From an uncultured Chlamydiae bacterium (GTDB taxonomy: Bacteria > Chlamydiota > Chlamydiia > Chlamydiales > Parachlamydiaceae): a stretch of DNA of 64,000 nucleotides. The notes below the pieces were generated by a model, which did not search any database, had not been told where the DNA came from, and saw only the letters and a list, made by a program, of their open reading frames with translations. The position numbers and the translations under genes are program-made. This document shows, one piece after another, positions 9,826-19,666 of the stretch (its first letter is position 1; each line of letters begins with the position of its first letter). Where the stretch lies: contig CAWHMU010000042.1 of NCBI GenBank assembly GCA_963830365.1, forward strand, positions 96,001 through 160,000, in the 5' to 3' direction.

Positions 9826-11427
9826 TTAGGCTTCCTCATCTTCATCGGGGGCGTCGCCGATCAGCGCTTCGGTGATGATGACGATGCCGGCGGTTGAGAC
9901 GGCATGCAGGAGGATGTTTTTGATGACTTTGGCAGGGTCGACCACGCCTGCGGCCATCAGATCTTCGATCTGGCCGGTCATGGCATTGAAACCGAAGTTT
10001 GGCTTGGCTTGCAGCACGGCGGCTAGCACGACGGAGCCATCCTTGCCGGCATTGCTGACGATTTGCCGTAGCGGTGTTTCGCAGGCATTTTTCAGGATTT
10101 TGGCTCCGACAGCTTCATCACCTTCGAGGTTGAGATTGTCGATGGCTTTGCTGGCCCGCAGCAGCGCGATGCCGCCGCCTGGCACGATGCCCTCTTCGAT
10201 GGCAGCCTTGGTCGAATTGAGACTGTCTTCGAACATTTGTTTTTTCTGTTTGAGTTCAGGCTCAGTCGCAGCTCCCACACGGATGATGGCCACGCCGCCA
10301 CTTAATTTGGCTTTGCGCTCTTCGAGTTTTTCTTTGTCGTAGGAGCTGGTGGTCAATACGGCTTCATTCTCGATTTGTTTGATGCGCGCTTCGATTTCAT
10401 TTTTTTGACCTTTGCCATTGACAATGACCGTATGGTCTTTGGTGACAGTGATCTTCTCAGCCGAGCCCAGGAAGCTTGAAGGGGTATCTTTAATTGATGT
10501 GCCCGTATCTTCAGAAATTACGGTAGCGCCTGTCAGCACGGCGATATCTTGCAGGATCGCTTTGCGACGGTCTCCAAAGCCCGGGGCTTTAACAGCGACC
10601 ACTTTAAGGCTGCCGCGCAGCTTGTTGATGACAAGCGTTGACAGGGCATCGGCTTCCACATCTTCGGCGATGATGAGCAGCTCTTGTCCGGCCGTGGCTA
10701 TGGAAGAAAGGACGGGCAGAATATCATGAATGCTGCTGATCTTTTTATCGAGGATAAGAATCTGCGGTGCACTGCTCATCTCGACAGTCTGCTTATCAGC
10801 ATTGGTGCAGAAATAGGCGCTGATGTAGCCTCTGTCAAATTGCATGCCTTCGACGAGTTCGATGGTCGTTTCAGTGCCTTTGGCCTCTTCAATGGTGATG
10901 ACACCGGCATTACCGACTTTTTCCATGGCTTCGGCGATCATATTGCCGATTTCCTGGTTGCCGGAAGCCGAGGCGATGGCGATGTTTTTAGTTTCCTGTG
11001 AATTTTTGATCGGAATGGCTGTTTTCTCAATTTCTTTGAGCATGGCGTCCAGCATTTTATCCATGCCGCGCTTGATGCCGATCGGGCTTGCGCCGGCGGC
11101 GATCTGTTTAATGCCGCCTTCGGCCAGCGCTTTCAGCAGCAAAGTGGCAGTAGTTGTGCCATCGCCGCATTTTTCTTTGATTTGCTGGACGACTTCTTTG
11201 GCCATGGCCACGCCCATGTTCTCATATTGGTCTTTAAGGGAGATGTCCTTAACGATGCTGCTGCCGTCATTAGTGATGGTCGGTGCGCCCCAGCTCTTTT
11301 CAAGGCCTACATTGCGTCCTTTAGGTCCGAGCGTAAAGGCGACGACGTCGGCCAGTTTTTTGATACCTGCCAGCAGCAGTTCGCGGGCGGCTTCTTCGAA
11401 AATAATTTCTTTAGGTGTTGAAGTCAT
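9826..11427 (-). CDS. groEL: Chaperonin GroEL paralog
   Basis: TLGPKGRNV, GDGTTTAT, EGMQFDRGY and KAPGFGDRRK motifs; acidic tail instead of GGM tail; no adjacent groES. Confidence 0.95.
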   Translation of the reverse strand: MTSTPKEIIFEEAARELLLAGIKKLADVVAFTLGPKGRNVGLEKSWGAPTITNDGSSIVKDISLKDQYENMGVAMAKEVVQQIKEKCGDGTTTATLLLKALAEGGIKQIAAGASPIGIKRGMDKMLDAMLKEIEKTAIPIKNSQETKNIAIASASGNQEIGNMIAEAMEKVGNAGVITIEEAKGTETTIELVEGMQFDRGYISAYFCTNADKQTVEMSSAPQILILDKKISSIHDILPVLSSIATAGQELLIIAEDVEADALSTLVINKLRGSLKVVAVKAPGFGDRRKAILQDIAVLTGATVISEDTGTSIKDTPSSFLGSAEKITVTKDHTVIVNGKGQKNEIEARIKQIENEAVLTTSSYDKEKLEERKAKLSGGVAIIRVGAATEPELKQKKQMFEDSLNSTKAAIEEGIVPGGGIALLRASKAIDNLNLEGDEAVGAKILKNACETPLRQIVSNAGKDGSVVLAAVLQAKPNFGFNAMTGQIEDLMAAGVVDPAKVIKNILLHAVSTAGIVIITEALIGDAPDEDEEA

Positions 11428-11490
11428 CGTGTTATCTCCTTAAGTTTTCCGTATTTAGCTATTTATTTAGAAACACTCCAGATTCATTAT

Positions 11491-11654
11491 AGGAAGGGTA
11501 CAGCAATAAATCAAACGATTGGGCTGCGCCAAAGCCCCAGGGTTTGACGATCGCAATGGGGGTAGTATTCATCTAATACAACTCCCATTGCGATCGTCAA
11601 ACCCCGGGAGCTTTCGCGTTGCCCAATCGTTTGATTTATTGTTGCACCCTTCCT
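11491..11654. repeat. Long imperfect palindrome (~80-bp arms), MITE-like, overlapping the nadC 3' end
   Basis: aggaagggtacagcaataaatcaaacgattgggc...gggtttgacgatcgcaatggg is the reverse complement of cccattgcgatcgtcaaaccc...gcccaatcgtttgatttattgttgcacccttcct. Confidence 0.85.
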
Positions 11655-12504
11655 TAAGTCTTAGGCTAATGTCAATTCCCGGCACAGAATCTGTCAAAGC
11701 CGTAACAGAGATCCCGTTGACCCCTGTTTCAGCCAGAGAGCGCACAGTTTCAAGGCAGACATTGCCAGAAAATGCCAGATAGACTCTTTTGTTGACGCTG
11801 CGGATGAGCGCCACGCTATGGCTAAGATCGTCCAATGTCATATTGCGCAGCATGATGGCTCTGAAATCATGTTTGAGGACTTCCTCAATATTTTTAGGAT
11901 TATCGATCTGGATTTCGATGGGCATCTTTGGATTATAGTTTTTGATTTTTTCAATGGCCTCAGCGATGGGGTGGAGGCCGCTGCCGGCAAGAAATGCCAG
12001 ATGGCTGGATTTTATCAAGAAGCAGTCATCCAGGCCATGGCGATGGTTTTTTCCGCCGCCGACAGCGACAGCGTATTTTTCCAGCGGGCGCAGGCCGGGC
12101 AGTGTTTTGCGGGTGTCCAGGATGTCGCATTTCAGGTGGGCGACCTTCTTTACATATTCGGCGGTGATGGTGGCCACCCCGCTGGCGTGCTGCAGCAGAT
12201 TGAGGGCGACTCTTTCGGCGGTGATAATGGCTTGGGCCGGGCCTGAGACGGTGGCAATCGGGGTGCCGGTCTTTTGGAATGAGCCTTCGGGAACGAGCAG
12301 TTCAATATCGATCGCGGGATGCAGCCTGCGGAATATGATAGGCAGCAATGGCAAGGCAGCGATGATGCCGCATTGTTTGAGCACAAAGACGCCAGAGGCG
12401 TGGCGCATATCGGAGAGCAGCGCCAACGAAGTGATGTCGCCAGTGCGCACATCTTCGTGGATGGCTCTTTCAATCAGTTGGGCTAGTTCTTTTTCAAGGT
12501 CCAT
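11569..12504 (-). CDS. nadC: Quinolinate phosphoribosyltransferase-like protein (divergent)
   Basis: EDV..GDITS, ERVALN, DTRKTLPGLR.LEKYAV..GGG.NHR motifs; several C-terminal site residues substituted. Confidence 0.8.
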   Translation of the reverse strand: MDLEKELAQLIERAIHEDVRTGDITSLALLSDMRHASGVFVLKQCGIIAALPLLPIIFRRLHPAIDIELLVPEGSFQKTGTPIATVSGPAQAIITAERVALNLLQHASGVATITAEYVKKVAHLKCDILDTRKTLPGLRPLEKYAVAVGGGKNHRHGLDDCFLIKSSHLAFLAGSGLHPIAEAIEKIKNYNPKMPIEIQIDNPKNIEEVLKHDFRAIMLRNMTLDDLSHSVALIRSVNKRVYLAFSGNVCLETVRSLAETGVNGISVTALTDSVPGIDISLRLKEGCNNKSNDWATRKLPGFDDRNGSCIR

Positions 12505-12655
12505 TGCGTTTTAAGGCTCTTGTAATTCAATTAGAGATCAGAAAGAGGGCTTGGTTCGAAGCTTTGATTGTAGTGAAAGCCGGGCAAAAGAGGCAAGGGT
12601 TTTCAGCGGTTTTAGCAATTTAATCGCGCAACTGCCAACTTGCTTTCGTGTTTGC

Positions 12656-12877
12656 TTAGAGCAAACGGTCGAACTCATCGATTTGGTCCTCGATGCGGTC
12701 CTCGGTATCAACGGATTTTACGCCGCCTTCAGGGGAATCTATTCTTTCTAAAGAATGGGTGAAAAGCATCATCAGCGAGTAGTCAAGAAAATCCTTTTTG
12801 ATGGCGCCGCCTTCTTTAAGAACAAAGACATAAGGGTGAAGGATGGCTTTTAGCGGATATTGCGGTCTTGGATGCAT
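12656..12877 (-). CDS. Small hypothetical protein
   Basis: 73-aa ORF, GGAG upstream, co-oriented with neighbours. Confidence 0.4.
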   Translation of the reverse strand: MHPRPQYPLKAILHPYVFVLKEGGAIKKDFLDYSLMMLFTHSLERIDSPEGGVKSVDTEDRIEDQIDEFDRLL

Positions 12878-12975
12878 CTGGCTTTAACTCCGTGATGGTG
12901 GAGTGAAAAGCATAAAGCTTCAGCATTAAACATAAAAGGGAAAAATCAGGCTTGGGAGGTGTGCAATAATAAGAA

Positions 12976-13003
12976 AATGAAGGCGGCAGGCGCCGCCTTC
13001 ATT
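12976..13003 (-). terminator. Rho-independent terminator of FadL-like gene
   Basis: aatgaaggcggc/gccgccttcatt stem followed by a T-rich run on the minus strand. Confidence 0.7.
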
Positions 13004-13011
13004 AGGTAAGA

Positions 13012-14298
13012 CTAGAACTTATAACCCCAGGCAGCGCCAAGAGCAAATTTCTGTTCTTTGAGATTGGCTTGACCGCCGCCGAATGGGACGATGTGACCTG
13101 TAGGTGTGGCTACGAAAAGCGGGATTGAATCTGATTTGCCTTTGATTTCATGCTCGAAGCCCCAGGCGAACGAGAACGAGAATTCATTGCAAGGATTCAG
13201 GCAATATGTCGCACCGGTAGTGATGAAGCTTTCGACCGCATCAAGCGTTAAAGCGTTGACAGCCGTCTGTGAGCGTCTGATTGGCGAGTTGGCATAGCGG
13301 TAGCCGATACGGGCTGTCCAGGCTTCGCAGATCTGCCATTCGATGCCGGCGCGGTAGAACGTCTGGTCGCGGAAGCCGAAGCCAGGTCCGTTATCAGTGC
13401 CGAGCGGGAAAAGGAGTCCATCGTGCAGCAAGGGGTTGTGCAGCGATTTGACGCCGCTCCATTGGATATATTCCACATCGAAGGCCGCCACCACGCATGG
13501 CATGATGCGATAGGAGATGCCGCCGCTGATTTTAGCCGGCACATTCAATCTGCCGCTGGCCAAAAAGCCTTTGTATTTGTTCAGTTTGCTCATGGGAGTT
13601 CTTGGCTGATATGTCAAGCCAACGCTTAGGCAGTCAGTGATATGGCCAAGATAGCCGATGGTGACGCCCCAGCCGGTAGCATAATCGTAGCCGCGGTTAG
13701 TGAGGTTTTCAGGATGAACCGACAGCGCTTTGAAGTTTTCGATGCCGTTAACTTTAAGACGCTCGATCTGGTAGTTCACCGAGATACCGAAGGAGTGCAT
13801 TTCATTTATTCTGAAAGTGAAGATTGGCGAAATCGTTTCGTTGAGATATTCAAGACCTGGTTTTGAGGTGCCAAATAGCAACAAAGGCTTGCCGTAGCTT
13901 GTCTTCTGGTAAGCTCTGTTGTATACAATCAGGCCGGCAGTGAATTCGCCTGCGCACGTGCAGAATGTTTTGTTTATGCCGAAGTTGGCAGCCGGCATGT
14001 TTTTGTCTTGCATGCCGTTGAAATGGCCGTTGATACCAACAGGGGCCAGGTTGTTTTTGACAGTCAGGCTGCCGGTATTGTGGATCCAGCCGGCTTCGAC
14101 ATCGAGACGGTCGCCGACTTCTGAAAGACCGGCCGGATTATAAGCACCTGAAAGAGTGTCGAGAGGATAAGAGATACATGTTCCACCCATGCCGATGGCT
14201 TTGATATCGGCATAAATGGCTTCGGCAGATGAAGATTGTATGCATAGGACAACGGTTGTTGCCAGGCAGGCGGTAAAGTTTAATAGACGCGCTTTCAT
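13012..14298 (-). CDS. OmpP1/FadL/TodX-family outer membrane transporter
   Basis: Signal peptide, GMGG and NPAGL N-terminal motifs, C-terminal aromatic YKF. Confidence 0.88.
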   Translation of the reverse strand: MKARLLNFTACLATTVVLCIQSSSAEAIYADIKAIGMGGTCISYPLDTLSGAYNPAGLSEVGDRLDVEAGWIHNTGSLTVKNNLAPVGINGHFNGMQDKNMPAANFGINKTFCTCAGEFTAGLIVYNRAYQKTSYGKPLLLFGTSKPGLEYLNETISPIFTFRINEMHSFGISVNYQIERLKVNGIENFKALSVHPENLTNRGYDYATGWGVTIGYLGHITDCLSVGLTYQPRTPMSKLNKYKGFLASGRLNVPAKISGGISYRIMPCVVAAFDVEYIQWSGVKSLHNPLLHDGLLFPLGTDNGPGFGFRDQTFYRAGIEWQICEAWTARIGYRYANSPIRRSQTAVNALTLDAVESFITTGATYCLNPCNEFSFSFAWGFEHEIKGKSDSIPLFVATPTGHIVPFGGGQANLKEQKFALGAAWGYKF

Positions 14299-14599
14299 TA
14301 GTACTTACTCCGTAAAAGTTATTCAAGTCATGCTGTCAGGCCAATATCACATGGGTTGCCATGTCATTTAGGCCGGATTTAAAATCAATAATGGCGTTGA
14401 GCTAAACAAATTAGGGGAATTTTGTAAATATGAAAAAAGGATTAAGACGTGAATTCTAGCTAAATAGGGAAAAGGACGAAGGGTACCAAAAAGACATTAG
14501 TCAGTAGTCGCTGGAAAAAAAACACCAAGACACTTATGGTATAATGTCGTTAAGGTTATTCGGTCCGTTAAGCTTTTTGTAAGGAATGGTTTTAAATTA

Positions 14600-15298
14600 A
14601 TGATGAGCAAGCTATTGATTTTTGATTGCGATGGTGTCTTGGTTGATAGTGAAGTGATAGCAAATCGAATTGATGCTGAAGCCTTGACCTCACTTGGCTA
14701 TGCGTTAACAACAGAAGATAGCATCAGAAGATTCACAGGCATGAATGCAGAAACTGTGCGTCAGCTTATCAAGCATGAATCGGGCATTGACCTTCCGCCA
14801 GATTACCTGGCCGCAAAACAGCCTATCTTATTTAGAGCGTTTGAAACCGAATTATCATCTTTGATCAAGCCTGTTTTAGAGGCAATCAACGAGATGAAAA
14901 TAAGTCTATGTGTCGCGTCAAGCAGTCCGAGAACACGCGTGATGCGCTGTCTTGAAATGACAGAGCAGCTCGCCTATTTCACGGATCGATCGATTTTCAC
15001 CTCTGAACAGGTTTCAAAAGGTAAGCCAGCGCCGGATTTATTCCTATTTGCGGCCGATCAAATGGGGTTTAAGCCGGCCGATTGCATTGTCATTGAGGAT
15101 AGTTCTGCCGGCATTGAAGCTGCCATTGCGGCGGGCATGCAGGTCGTTGGTTTCTTAGGCGGCAGTCACGCACGTTATGACTGGTACCGGCAGAAAATTA
15201 ATATTCACGCGGTGCCAGTGGCTAATCATGGCAGCGAGCTTTTGCACATATTGAAAGACGTATTATGTTTTAGTATCCCAGCACTTGCCGCGAATTGA
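14600..15298 (+). CDS. HAD-superfamily hydrolase (CbbY/beta-PGM-like)
   Basis: FDCDGVLVDSE, KPAPDLF and IEDS..GI.AA motifs. Confidence 0.92.
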   Translation: MMSKLLIFDCDGVLVDSEVIANRIDAEALTSLGYALTTEDSIRRFTGMNAETVRQLIKHESGIDLPPDYLAAKQPILFRAFETELSSLIKPVLEAINEMKISLCVASSSPRTRVMRCLEMTEQLAYFTDRSIFTSEQVSKGKPAPDLFLFAADQMGFKPADCIVIEDSSAGIEAAIAAGMQVVGFLGGSHARYDWYRQKINIHAVPVANHGSELLHILKDVLCFSIPALAAN

Positions 15299-15322
15299 AA
15301 GGGGCTAAAGCCCCTTTCAATT
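15293..15322. terminator. Bidirectional terminator between convergent genes
   Basis: aattgaaaggggc-taaa-gcccctttcaatt perfect stem. Confidence 0.7.
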
Positions 15323-15331
15323 CTTTGCTAG

Positions 15332-15895
15332 CTAATTATGATCTTGTAGATTCCCATCCGTACCTGCCTGCGCGGCATTTGTGTTGTAAGCAGGTTGTGT
15401 AGCGGCTGCTGTCGGTGATGTTTTGTCCGCTTGTGTATCCAACAGATCAAGCTCCTCGTTCTCTTCTAAAATGCTATCAGCGGCGGTGTTATGAAAAGCA
15501 ACAGAGTCTGCGCTTGGGGTTTTATGCTTATGAAGAAGTGAAGGGAGTGTCTTTTTTACATCCGCTGCAATCATGCAAAAGGATAGACCGCGTTTATGGG
15601 AGCGTGGTTTGGAAGTCGCAGTTTGATTGTCAGTCGCAGTAAGCTCTTCGGTCACGGAAGAAGAAGACATGTTTAAATGGGAAAGAGTCCTTGTTTCCAG
15701 CGGCTTTTTCTGTTCCGCTTCCTGACGCCGCGGCACTTGCAAACCAATATTTCCGGCCAGATCCAAAAGTTCTGGAAAATTAGCTTCCCGTCTGAATTTC
15801 TTGTCATACTTTGCAGGGCTGCCTGGCTGCGGGCCGGCAGCGCTGGTAGCCTTTAAATCGACTGGGGATGAAGGTCTATCAGTAACTGAGCTCAT
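15332..15895 (-). CDS. Hypothetical low-complexity protein (possible secreted effector)
   Basis: 187-aa S/T/P-rich ORF with no recognisable motif. Confidence 0.55.
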   Translation of the reverse strand: MSSVTDRPSSPVDLKATSAAGPQPGSPAKYDKKFRREANFPELLDLAGNIGLQVPRRQEAEQKKPLETRTLSHLNMSSSSVTEELTATDNQTATSKPRSHKRGLSFCMIAADVKKTLPSLLHKHKTPSADSVAFHNTAADSILEENEELDLLDTQADKTSPTAAATQPAYNTNAAQAGTDGNLQDHN

Positions 15896-16147
15896 GTGAT
15901 CACCAAATATGGGGGTTGGTTCCGACTAATTTCTGTCAGAAAAGGTGTTTATTTCATTACTGGAGATTAGTAAATGATCAGGATGTGATATGCAAGTTTT
16001 TTCGACACATCTTTTATCGAAATACTATTGGCTCATCGCGCAAATGAGTACCTAGCCGAGGAGAACGAAGAAATGGGGCTAGTTTAACTAGTTGAAAAAG
16101 AGAAGCAGACAATTTATTAAATCCTTCGACAAAAAAGGAGATTTAAT

Positions 16148-17116
16148 ATGCCTGCTTCACTGCTTTACCATACCAATCAGATCGAAGATGTTCAAGTCCT
16201 GAATCGTGAATATCATGAAGACAAAATACTTTTCGAGGCGCTTCTTCAACCCAAAAAAACACTTTGTCCTTGCTGTGGGAACAGTGAATCCATATCGAAG
16301 GGACTGAAGTTACGTAGGCTTCGCATGGCCCCTCTAGGGAACAAAATGGCTTTTCTCAACCTGCGGCTACATCGTCTTCAATGCGTCAATTGCCTACACG
16401 TTTGGTGGCCCCCGATTCCCTTTGTCAAGCCCAGAAAGCGTTATACCACTTCCTTTGAGAAGTTTGTCATTAATCTTATGGGGTTTGCAACAATAGAACA
16501 TGTGGCAAAATTCCTTGGGGTTTCTTGGAGTCTCGTGAAGGGTATACATAAAGCATATCTTCAGAGGGAGTATAAGAGTTTCGATTTTACATCCCTTCGA
16601 TACGTGGGCATCGATGAGTTTAGTATTCGAAAAGGGCATGAATACATGACGATTTTCATCAACCTTGAGACAGGAGAAATCATTCACGCCGTAGAAGGTA
16701 AAAGCATGGGAAGCGTAATCCCATTCCTCTTAGAGTTGAAGGAAAAGGCTTTACAGCTCAAAGCGATGGCTATGGACATGAATGCAGCCTATGCATCAGC
16801 TGTACAAAATCATTTACCGGATGTTGACATAGTATTTGATCGATTTCATGTCGTGGCATTATTGAATACGGCAATCGAGGAAATCCGGAGAGATCAGCAG
16901 GCAAAATGCAATGAAGTTGGCTTAAGAGTCATTAAAGGAATGAGATTTTTACTTTTAAGGAACTATGAAAAACTTGATTCTAAGAGAAAAAGTAGTTTGG
17001 AATGCCTTTTAGAAGTAAATCAACCGATAGCCTTGGCTCATGCAATGAAGGAGCAAATGGCTCATCGCGCAAATGAGTACCTAGCCGAGGAGAACGAAGA
17101 AATGGGGCTAGTTTAA
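16148..17116 (+). pseudogene. ISL3 transposase, 5' part truncated by nested insertion
   Basis: Identical to 17177-18382 up to AMKEQ, then reads into the left IR of the inner copy. Confidence 0.92.
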
Positions 17117-18385
17117 CTAGTTGAAAAAGAGAAGCAGACAATTTATTAAATCCTTCGACAAAAAAGGAGATTTAATATGCCTGCTTCACTGCTTTACCAT
17201 ACCAATCAGATCGAAGATGTTCAAGTCCTGAATCGTGAATATCATGAAGACAAAATACTTTTCGAGGCGCTTCTTCAACCCAAAAAAACACTTTGTCCTT
17301 GCTGTGGGAACAGTGAATCCATATCGAAGGGACTGAAGTTACGTAGGCTTCGCATGGCCCCTCTAGGGAACAAAATGGCTTTTCTCAACCTGCGGCTACA
17401 TCGTCTTCAATGCGTCAATTGCCTACACGTTTGGTGGCCCCCGATTCCCTTTGTCAAGCCCAGAAAGCGTTATACCACTTCCTTTGAGAAGTTTGTCATT
17501 AATCTTATGGGGTTTGCAACAATAGAACATGTGGCAAAATTCCTTGGGGTTTCTTGGAGTCTCGTGAAGGGTATACATAAAGCATATCTTCAGAGGGAGT
17601 ATAAGAGTTTCGATTTTACATCCCTTCGATACGTGGGCATCGATGAGTTTAGTATTCGAAAAGGGCATGAATACATGACGATTTTCATCAACCTTGAGAC
17701 AGGAGAAATCATTCACGCCGTAGAAGGTAAAAGCATGGGAAGCGTAATCCCATTCCTCTTAGAGTTGAAGGAAAAGGCTTTACAGCTCAAAGCGATGGCT
17801 ATGGACATGAATGCAGCCTATGCATCAGCTGTACAAAATCATTTACCGGATGTTGACATAGTATTTGATCGATTTCATGTCGTGGCATTATTGAATACGG
17901 CAATCGAGGAAATCCGGAGAGATCAGCAGGCAAAATGCAATGAAGTTGGCTTAAGAGTCATTAAAGGAATGAGATTTTTACTTTTAAGGAACTATGAAAA
18001 ACTTGATTCTAAGAGAAAAAGTAGTTTGGAATGCCTTTTAGAAGTAAATCAACCGATAGCCTTGGCTCATGCAATGAAGGAGCAAATTCGTCAATTTTGG
18101 TCTAAACAGACGGTGAAAGAGGGGGCTAGATTTCTTGCTTGGTGGATAATGGATACTATGGAGTCAGGGATACATGAGCTGGAGAAGGCAGGAAAAACCC
18201 TGCTTAGGCATTGGCAAGGATTGGTAAACTATTTTAAACATCCCATCACCAATGCAAAGACTGAGGGGATCAATAACAAGATTAAAACAATGAAGCGCCA
18301 AGCTTACGGATTTCGAGATATGGAGTATTTTAAATTACGTCTCTATAGTTTACACAAAGTTAGGTACTCATTTGCACGATGAGCC
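17059..18385 (+). mobile_element. ISL3-family element (intact inner copy, 1327 bp)
   Basis: Same IRs; 8-bp target duplication GAGCAAAT at 17051-17058 and 18386-18393. Confidence 0.95.
17177..18382 (+). CDS. ISL3-family transposase
   Basis: CPCCG zinc finger; GIDE, MDM..AY, DRFHVV, TNA.TEGINNKIK.MKR.AYGFR motifs. Confidence 0.95.
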   Translation: MPASLLYHTNQIEDVQVLNREYHEDKILFEALLQPKKTLCPCCGNSESISKGLKLRRLRMAPLGNKMAFLNLRLHRLQCVNCLHVWWPPIPFVKPRKRYTTSFEKFVINLMGFATIEHVAKFLGVSWSLVKGIHKAYLQREYKSFDFTSLRYVGIDEFSIRKGHEYMTIFINLETGEIIHAVEGKSMGSVIPFLLELKEKALQLKAMAMDMNAAYASAVQNHLPDVDIVFDRFHVVALLNTAIEEIRRDQQAKCNEVGLRVIKGMRFLLLRNYEKLDSKRKSSLECLLEVNQPIALAHAMKEQIRQFWSKQTVKEGARFLAWWIMDTMESGIHELEKAGKTLLRHWQGLVNYFKHPITNAKTEGINNKIKTMKRQAYGFRDMEYFKLRLYSLHKVRYSFAR

Positions 18386-18393
18386 GAGCAAAT

Positions 18394-18688
18394 TCGTCAA
18401 TTTTGGTCTAAACAGACGGTGAAAGAGGGGGCTAGATTTCTTGCTTGGTGGATAATGGATACTATGGAGTCAGGGATACATGAGCTGGAGAAGGCAGGAA
18501 AAACCCTGCTTAGGCATTGGCAAGGATTGGTAAACTATTTTAAACATCCCATCACCAATGCAAAGACTGAGGGGATCAATAACAAGATTAAAACAATGAA
18601 GCGCCAAGCTTACGGATTTCGAGATATGGAGTATTTTAAATTACGTCTCTATAGTTTACACAAAGTTAGGTACTCATTTGCACGATGA
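18394..18688 (+). pseudogene. ISL3 transposase, 3' remainder of outer copy
   Basis: Identical to the last ~98 codons of the intact transposase. Confidence 0.9.
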
Positions 18689-18880
18689 GCCATACTATTG
18701 GGCATGTTATTTAGGCGTTGTAATCGCGGGAATGCCATCATCTTTGCTGGAGTTTAGCACATATCCGGTTAAACATAAAGAATATGCGATAAGAATTAAC
18801 AGACTAAAGACGATAGTGTTTGGTTTTTCTCACAATATGTGATATAAATCTAACTATTGTAGGATGATTCTGGAGGAAGT

Positions 18881-19090
18881 ATGCATGAGGAACACTTCGA
18901 AACCCGGATTAAGGAGTTTCGGGCCAGGCATGGATGGACACAGGAAGATCTGGCGCGTAAGGTGGGTGTGAGCAGGGAGACGATTATATATCTGGAAAAG
19001 GGGAAGTATAATCCTTCACTAAAATTGGCATATAACGTAGCTCAAGCCTTGGGCACCACGCTTGCAGAGCTTTTTATTTTTCATAAGTAA
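18881..19090 (+). CDS. XRE-family HTH transcriptional regulator
   Basis: [37 protein letters not shown]. Confidence 0.92.
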   Translation: MHEEHFETRIKEFRARHGWTQEDLARKVGVSRETIIYLEKGKYNPSLKLAYNVAQALGTTLAELFIFHK

Positions 19091-19100
19091 GGGAGGCATT

Positions 19101-19535
19101 ATGTTTGGAAATCCAAAATGGTTTAAGCGCAGAAAATACTCAGGCTGGGGACTTACGCCTGCATCATGGCAAGGGTGGGTGTATACGCTTGGCATTGTTG
19201 GTCTTTTGATTTCGATGATGTTTATAGCGCAAAGGTTTGATTTATCTGCTGTAAACGTTTCGGTAATAGTTTTTATCGCCTTAGGCTTGTTATCGGCTGA
19301 GGTCATCCATATCGCCGCCGGCATGCCTAAGGATGAACGCGAAACCACCCACGAGGCACTGGCCGAACGCAACGCATTATGGGTGGTGATGCCGATAGTG
19401 GTCTTCGGCATCCTTTATCAAGCGATGACAAGTCAAAGCACTGGCACGTTGTCTGTCGATCCATTCCTGATTGCGGCTATGATTGGCGGGGTGGTGGCTA
19501 AAGCAATGACGAATCTGTATCTGCAAGACAAATAG
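19101..19535 (+). CDS. Four-TM membrane protein paired with XRE regulator
   Basis: GGAGG RBS then ATG 19101; WF.R..Y.GWG..PASWQGW and DERE motifs. Confidence 0.75.
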   Translation: MFGNPKWFKRRKYSGWGLTPASWQGWVYTLGIVGLLISMMFIAQRFDLSAVNVSVIVFIALGLLSAEVIHIAAGMPKDERETTHEALAERNALWVVMPIVVFGILYQAMTSQSTGTLSVDPFLIAAMIGGVVAKAMTNLYLQDK

Positions 19536-19620
19536 TTAGCATGAAAGGCGCACGGCGTCTTTCATTTGCAAAAAATCACAGCGCAATGTCATAAACATAA
19601 TTTTGGGGTTTGAGGCATCA

Positions 19621-19660
19621 GGGACGAAGGGACCAAAAGGACCTAAGCGATCTAAGGGAC
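19621..19660 (+). repeat. Left arm of GGAC-type ~9-nt-periodic inverted repeat
   Basis: ggacgaag-ggaccaaaa-ggacctaag-cgatctaag-ggac. Confidence 0.75.
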
Positions 19661-19666
19661 GTTTGA

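Larger units (their letters stand above)
16030..18691 (+). mobile_element. ISL3-family element (outer copy) interrupted by an identical copy
   Basis: Terminal IRs GGCTCATCG(C/T)GCAAATGAGTACCTA; 8-bp target duplication ATACTATT at 16022-16029 and 18692-18699. Confidence 0.95.

Noticed and set aside
9872..11443. Long antisense ORFs opposite groEL and other housekeeping genes
   Set aside because: Shadow ORFs caused by codon bias of the real genes on the opposite strand.
16030..18691. Assembly artefact or simple tandem duplication of the IS
   Set aside because: Two different exact 8-bp target duplications and exact length accounting fit nested transposition.
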